Source of the DNA: Lingula anatina
Lineage: Eukaryota; Animalia; Brachiopoda
DNA length: 64,000 bases
Reading direction: 5' to 3'
Assembly: GCA_051362555.1 (NCBI GenBank)
Contig: CM120642.1
Coordinates: 1,240,001-1,304,000 of the forward strand
In this document: one piece after another, positions 13,501 to 24,995 of the stretch
Numbering within the stretch: the first letter of the stretch is position 1
How the letters are laid out: each line of letters begins with the position of its first letter
Position numbers and translations under genes: made by a program
The notes under the pieces: model-generated
Told to the model about the DNA's origin: nothing
Seen by the model: the letters and a program-made list of their open reading frames with translations, nothing else
Database searches by the model: none

Positions 13501-16500
13501 TGATAGGCCTGCTCTGTACGTTCCTGGTGAGATGAATTCGGATGCTTTTATTTCCATTTGGTTTTGCATTGAGATAACGTTTGGTTTCACCTTTGACGTT
13601 GTAGAGCACGATGACGTCCACAGCCGTTCACACCTCGGCGGTTTTAGTATTGAGCAGTCTTTACTCTTTCCTATGTCGACTGCGGACTTGCCCCGGGTAC
13701 TTTATGAACATATGAACAGTCTTGAGAACCAAGGGCCCAAGATAGGAAAGGAGGGGCATAAAAAGACAACCTGTGCCTGATAAAAGGAGTAGAGGTGACG
13801 CGACTTTTGTAAAAAATCAAAAGTTTTCTCTCTGCTAATCCCCCCCCCCCCCAAAAAAAAAAAAAAAAAAGATAGCACATGTTGATGAAATGAAAACCAT
13901 ACGGAGTTAGTTATAGCTCAATTTTTAAGTTCAAGATTTGTGGCACCAATATAAGGACTTTTAACTGAAGAGAAGGGAAATAAAATTGTCGACGCAGATG
14001 TAAACTTTCTAAAGTATACCGTTTTATTATGCAAAAGGTAATTTGCTAGGTCCCACTCGTTTTCGTCTGGTGACATCCAGATTCAGGGGCCATGTCGTTG
14101 TCGTGATGGACTGACGTGCCTCATCCGGGACTCGAACCCGTGACTTTGCGTTACCAAGGTTGATGACGCTTTGGATGTCTCATTTGCATCCATGCACGCT
14201 ACCGACTGCTCCGTGGCCGCCCTCCCACCCTCCGTACTTGCGAGTTTCCTCTTATAGTAATCAATCGCAATTTTTAAAATTTAATTCTGGCAAAAAATAT
14301 GGACACAGCAACTGCTGTGACTCGAACCGGAGACACAGTGTCTGCCTTCATGCAAGACAGCAGAGTTACCACGCAGCCACGACAGCTCCGTTGATACGAT
14401 GTGATCGGATGGAAACTTTCAACGTCGTCACGGAGAGCGCCAGATTGGGTGTACATGTGTAGACCTGCTGTCGCAATCGATAATCCGGGTGCCGCATTTC
14501 AGCCCACGCAACCCCAGTCCCCGACATGAACGGTTAGGTTCGTGATGTACCCGAAGTCGTCTTTGACTACCCGACTCGGAGCTCGGAGTTTGTTCTAAAC
14601 TAACATTGATTTTGGCTTTACCCATGATATTAAAGAGTACAGTGGGATCAGAGGCGCTGCACAACAGGCGGGGTTTACTTTTAGCGAGACCATAAGAGGA
14701 GAGAATAAAAAAATACAAAACATTCAAGTCTTTAATTACTGGTTCGATTGCAGCCATGGGAATTTTGAGTAAAACATATTTGACAAATAATTCCGCCGAG
14801 GAGATGTCGTTTTTCTACCGAACACGGTTAACAGGTGGTATGACGTGCTGTTATACGGCCCGGAAAAGCTACAGAATCAAAACAAGTTGATCGTATTTAT
14901 TGATAGGCCTGCTCTGTACGTTCCTGGTGAGATGAATTCGGATGCTTTTATTTCCATTTGGTTTTGCATTGAGATAACGTTTGGTTTCACCTTTGACGTT
15001 GTAGAGCACGATGTCGTCCACAGCCGTTCACACCTCGGCGGTTTTAGTATTGAGCAGTCTTTACTCTTTCCTATGTCGACTGCGGACTTGCCCCGGGTAC
15101 TTTATGAACATATGAACAGTCTTGAGAACCAAGGGCCCAAGATAGGAAAGGAGGGGCATAAAAAGACAACCTGTGCCTGATAAAAGGAGTAGAGGTGACG
15201 CGACTTTTGTAAAAAATCAAAAGTTTTCTCTTTGCTAATCCCCCCCCCCCCCAAAAAAAAAAAAAAAAAGATAGCACATGTTGATGAAATGAAAACCATA
15301 CGGAGTTAGTTATAGCTCAATTTTTAAGTTCAAGATTTGTGGCACCAATATAAGGACTTTTAACTGAAGAGAAGGTAAATAAAATTGTCGACGCAGATGT
15401 AAACTTTGTAGTATACCGTTTTATTATGCAAAAGGTAATTTGCTAGGTCCCACTCGTTTTCGTCTGGTGACATCCAGATTCAGGGGCCATGTCGTTGTCG
15501 TGATGGACTGACGTGCCTCATCCGGGACTCGAACCCGTGACTTTGCGTTACCAAGGTTGATGACGCTTTGGATGTCTCATTTGCATCCATGCACGCTACC
15601 GACTGCTCCGTGGCCGCCCTCCCACCCTCCGTACTTGCGAGTTTCCTCTTATAGTAATCAATCGCAATTTTTAAAATTTAATTCTGGCAAAAAATATGGA
15701 CACAGCAACTGCCGTGACTCGAACCGGAGACACAGTGTCTGCCTTCATGCAAGACAGCAGAGTTACCACGCAGCCACGACAGCTCCGTTGATACGATGTG
15801 ATCGGATGGAAACTTTCAACGTCGTCACGGAGAGCGCCAGATTGGGTGTACATGTGTAGACCTGCTGTCGCAATCGATAATCCGGGTGCCGCATTTCAGC
15901 CCACGCAACCCCAGTCCCCGACATGAACGGTTAAGTTCGTGATGTACCCGAAGTCGTCTTTGACTACCCGACTCGGAGCTCGGAGTTTGTTCTAAACTAA
16001 CATTGATTTTGGCTTTACCCATGATATTAAAGAGTACAGTGGGATCAGAGGCGCTGCACAACAGGCGGGGTTTACTTTTAGCGAGACCATAAGAGGAGAG
16101 AATAAAAAAATACATAACATTCAAGTCTTTAATTACTGGTTCGATTGCAGCCATGGGAATTTTGAGTAAAACATATTTGACAAATAATTCCGCCGAGGAG
16201 ATGTCGTTTTTCTACCGAACACGGTTAACAGGTGGTATGACGTGCTGTTATACGGCCCGGAAAAGCTACAGAATCAAAACAAGTTGATCGTATTTATTGA
16301 TAGGCCTGCTCTGTACGTTCCTGGTGAGATGAATTCGGATGCTTTTATTTCCATTTGGTTTTGCATTGAGATAACGTTTGGTTTCACCTTTGACGTTGTA
16401 GAGCACGATGTCGTCCACAGCCGTTCACACCTCGGCGGTTTTAGTATTGAGCAGTCTTTACATTTTCCTATGTCGACTGCGGACTTGCCCCGGGTACTTT

Positions 16501-19500
16501 ATGAACATATGAACAGTCTTGAGAACCAAGGGCCCAAGATAGGAAAGGAGGGGCATAAAAAGACAACCTGTGCCTGATAAAAGGAGTAGAGGTGACGCGA
16601 CTTTTGTAAAAAATCAAAAGTTTTCTCTCTGCTTATCCCCCCCCCCCCCCAAAAAAAAAAAAGATAGCACATGTTGATGAAATGAAAACCATACGGAGTT
16701 AGTTATAGCTCAATTTTTAAGTTCAAGATTTGTGGCACCAATATAAGGCCTTTTAACTGAAGAGAAGGGAAATAAAATTGTCGACGCAGATGTAAACTTT
16801 CTAAAGTATACCGTTTTATTATGCAAAAGGTAATTTGCTAGGTCCCACGAGCGCCCTCATTCGTTTTCGCCTGGTGACATCCAGATTCAGGGGCCATGTC
16901 GTTGTCGTGATGGACTGACGTGCCTCATCCGGGACTCGAACCCGTGACTTTGCGTTACCAAGGTTGATGACGCTTTGGATGTCTCATTTGCATCCATGCA
17001 CGCTACCGACTGCTCCGTGGCCGCCCTCCCACCCTCCGTACTTGCGAGTTTCCTCTTATAGTAATCAATCGCAATTTTTAAAATTTAATTCTGGCAAAAA
17101 ATATGGACACAGCAATTGCTGTGACTCGAACCGGAGACACAGTGTCTGCCTTCATGCAAGACAGCAGAGTTACCACGCAGCCACGACAGCTCCGTTGATA
17201 CGATGTGATCGGATGGAAACTTTCAACGTCGTCACGGAGAGCGCCAGATTGGGTGTACATGTGTAGACCTGCTGTCGCAATCGATAATCCGGGTGCCGCA
17301 TTTCAGCCCACGCAACCCCAGTCCCCGACATGAACGGTTAAGTTCGTGATGTACCCGAAGTCGTCTTTGACTACCCGACTCGGAGCTCGGAGTTTGTTCT
17401 AAACTAACATTGATTTTGGCTTTACCCATGATATTAAAGAGTACAGTGGGATCAGAGGCGCTGCACAACAGGCGGGGTTTACTTTTAGCGAGACCATAAG
17501 AGGAGAGAATAAAAAAATACAAAACATTCAAGTCTTTAATTACTGGTTCGATTGCAGCCATGGGAATTTTGAGTAAAACACATTTGGCAAATAATTCCGC
17601 CGAGGAGATGTCGTTTTTCTACCGAACACGGTTAACAGGTGGTATGACGTGCTGTTATACGGCCCGGAAAAGCTACAGAATCAAAACAAGTTGATCGTAT
17701 TTATTGATAGGCCTGCTCTGTACGTTCCTGGTGAGATGAATTCGGATGCTTTTATTTCCATTTGGTTTTGCATTGAGATAACGTTTGGTTTCACCTTTGA
17801 CGTTGTAGAGCATGATGTCGTCCACAACCGTTCACACCTCGGCGGTTTTAGTATTGAGCAGTCTTTACTCTTTCCTATGTCGACTGCGGACTTGCCCCGG
17901 GTACTTTATGAACATATGAACAGTCTTGAGAACCAAGGGCCCAAGATAGGAAAGGAGGGGCATAAAAAGACAACCTGTGCCTGATAAAAGGAGTAGAGGT
18001 GACGCGACTTTTGTAAAAAATCAAAAGTTTTCTCTCTGCTAATCCCCCCCCCCCAAAAAAAAAAAAAAGATAGCACATGTTGATGAAATGAAAACCATAC
18101 GGAGTTAGTTATGGCTCAATTTTTAAGTTCAAGATTTGTGGCACCAATATAAGGACTTTTAACTGAAGAGAAGGGAAATAAAATTGTCGACGCAGATGTA
18201 AACTTTGTAGTATACCGTTTTATTATGCAAAAGGTAATTTGCTAGGTCCCACTCGTTTTCGTCTGGTGACATCCAGATTCAGGGGCCATGTCGTTGTCGT
18301 GATGGACTGACGTGCCTCATCCGGGACTCGAACCCGTGACTTTGCGTTACCAAGGTTGATGACGCTTTGGATGTCTCATTTGCATCCATGCACGCTACCG
18401 ACTGCTCCGTGGCCGCCCTCCCACCCTCCGTACTAGCGAGTTTCCTCTTATAGTAATCAATCGCAATTTTTAAATTTTAATTCTGCCAAAAAATATGGAC
18501 ACAGCAACAGCCGTGACTCGAACCGGAGACACAGTGTCTGCCTTCATGCAAGACAGCAGAGTTACCACGCAGCCACGACAGCTCCGTTGTCGTCACGGAG
18601 AGCGCCAGATTGGGTGTACATGTGTAGACCTGCTGTCGCAATCGATAATCCGGGTGCCGCATTTCAGCCCACGCAACCCCAGTCCCCGACATGAACGGTT
18701 AAGTTCGTGATGTACCCGAAGTCGTCTTTGACTACCCGACTCGGAGCTCGGAGTTTGTTCTAAACTAACATTGATTTTGGCTTTACCCATGATATTAAAG
18801 AGTACAGTGGGATCAGAGGCGCTGCACAACAGGCGGGGTTTACTTTTAGCGAGACCATAAGAGGAGAGAATAAAAAAATACAAAACATTCAAGTCTTTAA
18901 TTACTGGTTCGATTGCAGCCATGGGAATTTTGAGTAAAACACATTTGGCAAATAATTCCGCCGAGGAGATGTCGTTTTTCTACCGAACACGGTTAACAGG
19001 TGGTATGACGTGCTGTTATACGGCCCGGAAAAGCTACAGAATCAAAACAAGTTGATCGTATTTATTGATAGGCCTGCTCTGTACGTTCCTGGTGAGATGA
19101 ATTCGGATGCTTTTATTTCCATTTGGTTTTGCATTGAGATAACGTTTGGTTTCACCTTTGACGTTGTAGAGCATGATGTCGTCCACAACCGTTCACACCT
19201 CGGCGGTTTTAGTATTGAGCAGTCTTTACTCTTTCCTATGTCGACTGCGGACTTGCCCCGGGTACTTTATGAACATATGAACAGTCTTGAGAACCAAGGG
19301 CCCAAGATAGGAAAGGAGGGGCATAAAAAGACAACCTGTGCCTGATAAAAGGAGTAGAGGTGACGCGACTTTTGTAAAAAATCAAAAGTTTTCTCTCTGC
19401 TAATCCCCCCCCCCCCAAAAAAAAAAAAAAGATAGCACATGTTGATGAAATGAAAACCATACGGAGTTAGTTATGGCTCAATTTTTAAGTTCAAGATTTG

Positions 19501-21519
19501 TGGCACCAATATAAGGACTTTTAACTGAAGAGAAGGGAAATAAAATTGTCGACGCAGATGTAAACTTTGTAGTATACCGTTTTATTATGCAAAAGGTAAT
19601 TTGCTAGGTCCCACTCGTTTTCGTCTGGTGACATCCAGATTCAGGGGCCATGTCGTTGTCGTGATGGACTGACGTGCCTCATCCGGGACTCGAACCCGTG
19701 ACTTTGCGTTACCAAGGTTGATGACGCTTTGGATGTCTCATTTGCATCCATGCACGCTACCGACTGCTCCGTGGCCGCCCTCCCACCCTCCGTACTAGCG
19801 AGTTTCCTCTTATAGTAATCAATCGCAATTTTTAAATTTTAATTCTGCCAAAAAATATGGACACAGCAACAGCCGTGACTCGAACCGGAGACACAGTGTC
19901 TGCCTTCATGCAAGACAGCAGAGTTACCACGCAGCCACGACAGCTCCGTTGTCGTCACGGAGAGCGCCAGATTGGGTGTACATGTGTAGACCTGCTGTCG
20001 CAATCGATAATCCGGGTGCCGCATTTCAGCCCACGCAACCCCAGTCCCCGACATGAACGGTTAAGTTCGTGATGTACCCGAAGTCGTCTTTGACTACCCG
20101 ACTCGGAGCTCGGAGTTTGTTCTAAACTAACATTGATTTTGGCTTTACCCATGATATTAAAGAGTACAGTGGGATCAGAGGCGCTGCACAACAGGCGGGG
20201 TTTACTTTTAGCGAGACCATAAGAGGAGAGAATAAAAAAATACAAAACATTCAAGTCTTTAATTACTGGTTCGATTGCAGCCATGGGAATTTTGAGTAAA
20301 ACATATTTGGCAAATAATTCCGCCGAGGAGATGTCGTTTTTCTACCGAACACGGTTAACAGGTGGTATGACGTGCTGTTATACGGCCCGGAAAAGCTACA
20401 GAATCAAAACAAGTTGATCGTATTTATTGATAGGCCTGCTCTGTACGTTCCTGGTGAGATGAATTCGGATGCTTTTATTTCCATTTGGTTTTGTATTGAG
20501 ATAACGTTTGGTTTCACCTTTGACGTTGTAGAGCACGATGACGTCCACAGCCGTTCACACCTCGGCGGTTTTAGTATTGAGCAGTCTTTACTCTTTCCTA
20601 TGTCGACTGCGGACTTGCCCCGGGTACTTTATGAACATATGAACAGTCTTGAGAACCAAGGGCCCAAGATAGGAAAGGAGGGGCATAAAAAGACAACCTG
20701 TGCCTGATAAAAGGAGTAGAGGTGACGCGACTTATGTAAAAAATCAAAAGTTTTCTCTCTGCTAATCCCCCCCCCCCCCCAAAAAAAAAAAAAAAAGATA
20801 GCACATGTTGATGAAATGAAAACCATACGGAGTTAGTTATAGCTCAATTTTTAAGTTCAAGATTTGTGGCACCAATATAAGGCCTTTTAACTGAAGAGAA
20901 GGGAAATAAAATTGTCGACGCAGATGTAAACTTTCTAAAGTATACCGTTTTATTATGCAAAAGGTAATTTGCTAGGTCCCACGAGCGCCCTCATTCGTTT
21001 TCGTCTGGTGACATCCAGATTCAGGGGCCATGTCGTTGTCGTGATGGACTGACGTGCCTCATCCGGGACTCGAACCCGTGACTTTGCGTTACCAAGGTTG
21101 ATGACGCTTTGGATGTCTCATTTGCATCCATGCACGCTACCGACTGCTCCGTGGCCGCCCTCCCACCCTCCGTTCTTGCGAGTTTCCTCTTATAGTAATC
21201 AATCGCAATTTTTAAAATTTAATTCTGGCAAAAAATATGGACACAGCAACTGCTGTGACTCGAACCGGAGACACAGTGTCTGCCTTCATGCAAGACAGCA
21301 GAGTTACCATGCAACCACGACAGCTCCGTTGATACCATGTGATCGGATGGAAACTTTCAACGTCGTCACGGAGAGCGCCAGATTGGGTGTACATGTGTAG
21401 ACCTGCTGTCGCAATCGATAATCCGGGTGCCGCATTTCAGCCCACGCAACCCCAGTTCCCGACATGAACGGTTAAGTTCGTGATGTACCCGAAGTCGTCT
21501 TTGACTACCCGACTCGGAG

Positions 21520-21680
21520 CTGCTATGACTCGAACCGGCATCCCAGTGTCTGCCTGCATGCCAGACAGCAGAGTTACCACGCAGCCACGACATCTCCGTT
21601 GAGACAATGTGATCGGATGGAAACTTTGAACCTCGTCACGGAGAGCGCCAGATTGTGTGTACATGTGTAGACCTGCTGTC
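21520..21680 (-). repeat. Diverged extra copy of the 161-bp cassette-B module at the right array border
   Basis: Aligns without gaps to 4484-4644 and equivalent positions; 13 substitutions versus the majority array allele. Both begin CTGCT(G/A)TGA and end GACCTGCTGTC. Confidence 0.9.
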
Positions 21681-22346
21681 ATGTTTGGATGAGACTGTAC
21701 ACCAAGTAAGTTCAGGTGATATTTTGGTTATTTATTTAGTTCTATGCATCAGAAGGTATCATATCATCTCTCTGTCAAATAAAAAGCTTGTTTAATCATA
21801 ACATAAACATCAACACTTGTGTGGTAAGGTTTAATGTTGAAATACCTCTATCACTTTGTCCTATTTTCCTGTCGAAGACATGTGGATTGATTTTTGTCAC
21901 CCCTCAGTATAAAAAGGCCATCTTCAACAATGAATAATTATAACACAGAAATATTTACTTTGCTTATATCTTCAAACTTGAATAATTCCATGAATGCCTT
22001 TGGTTATGCTTCAATATTCCAATAAATGTTCTAATGCTAATTGTGCCCTAATATTTGATTTTTTAATCAGAGAGTGACATGAAACACAAAAAGTGTGAGC
22101 ACCATATGTGACACTTGAAACCACCACGGTCAAATATACACTAAAGAACACATGACGTCACTTGAGAAAGTAAATGATAAATTGGTATTCTCCTAACAGG
22201 TGGCAAACTACCTCTTAGAAACATGGTAAAACTGCAATAATGACACAGGCTCTTCAAAATAATTCTCCAAGAACCTTGCACCAACAAAATACCAACTAAC
22301 ATTTACCAATCATTCTGAGTATATTAAAAGAGAGTCAAGTGTAAGG

Positions 22347-22510
22347 TCAAGGGGCACACGAGGTGTAACACAGCATGAAATCTGAAGTTCTAGTACAGGG
22401 GACGTAGACGAGTTCCAGGCTAGGACGCACTTGAATTGCTACACAGTTGTTACCGCTGGAGGCGTCGTATGGCGCTCGGAATCTTGAATTTGGTATTGTA
22501 ACACTAACAC
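22347..22510 (-). CDS. Lectin-like gene 1 exon 4 (CTLD C-half)
   Basis: GVSVTIPNSRFRAPYDASSGNNCVAIQVRPSLELVYVPCTRTSDFMLCYTSCAP*; absent from the ORF track. Confidence 0.85.
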
Positions 22511-24204
22511 CTGGAAGATAATGATGGCTTGTCAGGGTATTCCTTTTAAGTTTTAGATAATTGGTTCAACCTGATTGTGTGGTTGGTAAAATTTCAGCCT
22601 CATCTACAGATTCATACGTAATCAACCATTTTATAGATAGAAGTTTGACACAAAAAAGTAGAGAGCCTGTAAAATGTAACGCATGACGTCGCAAGTAATT
22701 ATATAAGATATTTTCTTTATGGGCAACTATTTTGTGAGTAATCCATTGAAGCGATTTTCATCTGTAAAAGCATCAATTTTTTTACGAATTTTGAAGATTT
22801 GGAGTGAAATCATCGGCTCGTACCGCTTTCCGACTGCAGCGTGACGCCAGAGCTGTCCTCATCTACGTAGCTCATAGATGTCCAATAGAGGGCGCCAGGA
22901 GAATCCACGCTTCTTCGCCGTCTACGCAAGCGGATACTCCCGCCACCTGACGGATATTGGAAGGGGGTAAATGGATTTGTTGGGTTTTGGAAAACAGAGG
23001 GAGCCGAGGAAGTAGTTGGATTCTGTGGTGGAAAGAAAAAGGAATTCCATGGGAAACTATTCACAGGTGGCGCTGGGGTGGTGGTCGTGGTTGTTTTTTG
23101 TTGGTTGGTTCCTAGCAACATGAAGAACCATGCTAGAGGATCTGGTGTCGTAGTGGTTGAAGTAGTAGTTATGGGTTGTTGTGTAAAGGGGAACGGAAAA
23201 GAGAAAGGGAAGGGATTCCACGGCCATGACATCGGAGTTGTAATGACTGATGGAGGGGTTGTTGCCTGTTGGGATGTTGCAGGGGTGACGAAAGGCCACC
23301 CCCAAGTAAAAGACGGCGAGATCCTACGCGTAGTAGTAGCTGTGGTGGTGGTTGTAGGTGGTTGCAATGTGGGGTTCTGAAATGGCGGACTCCACGGAAA
23401 TGGCGGCAGCGGTGGGATTGTAAATCCTAATGTTGCTTGTTGTTGTGTGGTCTCCGGAGCCGGTGTGTTCGTGGTTCCTGCCTCTGGTGTGGTGCTTTGT
23501 GAGGTGTATTGTGAAAACCATGGGAAGGGTGGCAGAGGTGGGATGGGAGGTGGCGTAATGGCCTGAGTGGTGGCGCTGGGAGTAGGTGTAGGAGTAGGTG
23601 TGGGAGTAGGTGTAGGAGTAGGTGTAAGGGTGGGAGTGGGAGAAGTGGGAGGAGAGGTGGAGGAAGGGGTGGTTGATACCGTGGTGGTACCAGAAGTAGG
23701 AGCCGTAGGCGTAGCAGTCGTAGTGGGAAGGACTGCATGTGCACATGGGAAAAAAAGAAAAATCGTATTGATGAAAACTATAATAAAAGAACCGCATTGT
23801 TAAAAGTTTGGTATTATAGAAATAACACAGCCAAAAGATATACAGTAATTATCCTGATACTGCGTTTTCTTAAATGATGAAATGAGATTAAAAGAGTAAT
23901 GAGATCAAGCAGATTGAGTGTGCTGTCATAAAACGCCCGCATTGTTGTAAAAACGAAGGAGATAGTCTATACTCACAACTCGAAAGCCTTTCATCAAATT
24001 TTGTTAAACAACTGTCGCTTGGCGTTAGGAAGGGGTATCCCCCTAAAACAGCACATAACCCCCTTGCGTCGTTATAGTCGGTTTGTGTCCCAGATGTGTA
24101 TTCAAACATGTAGAAGCAGCCGCAAGAGTTATCTGTGATGTCAACGGGCACCGGAAGCCATGGCGGCGTACAAACACAGTCTGGAATAAAAGTGTGACAA
24201 TGTT

Positions 24205-24250
<46 letters not shown>

Positions 24251-24674
24251 TCCTTTTATGTGTGCAAATTAACAGAAGAAGTCACCTTGCAGCGGAGACA
24301 GAAGTATGGGCAATCTAATCTACCAAAAAGCACCCGCTACATTTTGTTAACGGTATAAGTGATTGACTAAGGTGGAACTAATGACGATGATCAAAAGAGA
24401 CAATTATAATGGGATAAATGGAAAGGAAGTGTTAGTGAATCAAGATATCAAATTAACTGATACCTTTCATTTCGTAATCCTCTCTTGACTGGATTAATTG
24501 AGGTTCTATTACGTCCGTTTCAATGACACTTCTGCTCATTTCATACCAATTATATTTGAGACCAAGAACCATTCTAGATATAAAATAAGTAAGATAAAAT
24601 AACTTACTTGCTCGGATAGTGCGTGGCAGAATGAGGAGAAGTAAAATAAAGGACTCAAACAATGTTGGCGCCAT
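22347..24674 (-). CDS. Secreted split C-type-lectin-like protein 1 with internal Pro/Thr/aromatic insert and furin site (447 aa, 4 coding exons)
   Basis: Exons 24674-24608, 24180-23977, 23732-22824, 22510-22347; all GT-AG phase 1; 1344 nt open. Signal peptide MAPTLFESFILLLLILPRTIRA; N-half CTPPW..CGCFY..DARGLCAVLGG; insert; RLRRRRRS; LYW; C-half NNCVAIQ..VPC..FMLC. Confidence 0.85.
22824..23732 (-). CDS. Lectin-like gene 1 exon 3 (mucin-like insert, furin site, beta2 LYW)
   Basis: 909 nt open, in frame with ORF 22810-23367; (TP)n, T-tracts, IPPLPPFPW twice. Confidence 0.85.
23977..24180 (-). CDS. Lectin-like gene 1 exon 2 (CTLD N-half)
   Basis: Acceptor TTCCAG|, donor T|GTGAGT; Cys/Trp pattern of CTLD beta1-alpha1-alpha2. 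Confidence 0.85.
24208..24252. repeat. (CT)n microsatellite
   Basis: Direct reading; lies in intron 1 of lectin-like gene 1. Confidence 0.9.
24608..24674 (-). CDS. Lectin-like gene 1 exon 1 (signal peptide)
   Basis: ATG, hydrophobic core, donor A|GTAAGT. Confidence 0.8.
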
Positions 24675-24924
24675 TCTGGTCAGAAATCCTAAGTCGTAGC
24701 TGACTGAGGAGCTGGCAGTTTTATTACCTGGAAATATTCACAAATTTGATTCCTTATATTTAATCAAACCTAAACCTGGATTTACTAATGTTTTTGTTGA
24801 TGTATAAATGGCAAGAATCGACTTTAAAAGCCCACCAGACATGCATGCTTTTGTCATTACCATTTAAATGATTTTACCATTACCATATAAATGATTTAAT
24901 GATTTTAGTTATATTATTCATTAT

Positions 24925-24995
24925 TGTAAGGCGCCTTGAGGTAGCACGTAAGGCGCCATATAAGAAGATTATTATTATTATTATTATTATTATTA
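24925..24995 (+). mobile_element. 3' tail of an L2/CR1-type LINE or its partner SINE
   Basis: TGTAAGGCGCCTTGAG..AAGGCGCCATATAA (8-bp stem GGCGCCTT/AAGGCGCC) followed by (ATT)n, the stem-loop-plus-microsatellite tail typical of L2-clade elements. Confidence 0.65.

Larger units (their letters stand above)
3811..21521. repeat. Macrosatellite / tandem array, ~1.36-1.42 kb unit, 12 full copies plus one partial
   Basis: AGTATTGAGCAGTC recurs at 3811, 5218, 6612, 8027, 9423, 10829, 12243, 13646, 15046, 16443, 17850, 19211 and 20573. Units differ by a few SNPs, a C(n)A(n) tract, a 12-bp indel and a 31-bp deletion. Confidence 0.98.

Noticed and set aside
3811-21521. CRISPR array, rDNA/5S, snRNA or histone cluster
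   Set aside because: No repeat-spacer structure, and no recognisable 5S, U1/U2/U5/U6, SL RNA or histone sequence in the unit.
3836-21682. Repeated 60-111 aa ORFs in the array as protein-coding genes
   Set aside because: They overlap on both strands, mostly use non-ATG starts, show no recognisable domains and are broken by homopolymer frameshifts and the 31-bp deletion. They recur only because the DNA is repeated.
23324-23803. His/Tyr-rich, Leu/Pro-rich and (GV)n ORFs
   Set aside because: Alternative frames or antisense readings of the Thr/Pro exon of lectin-like gene 1.
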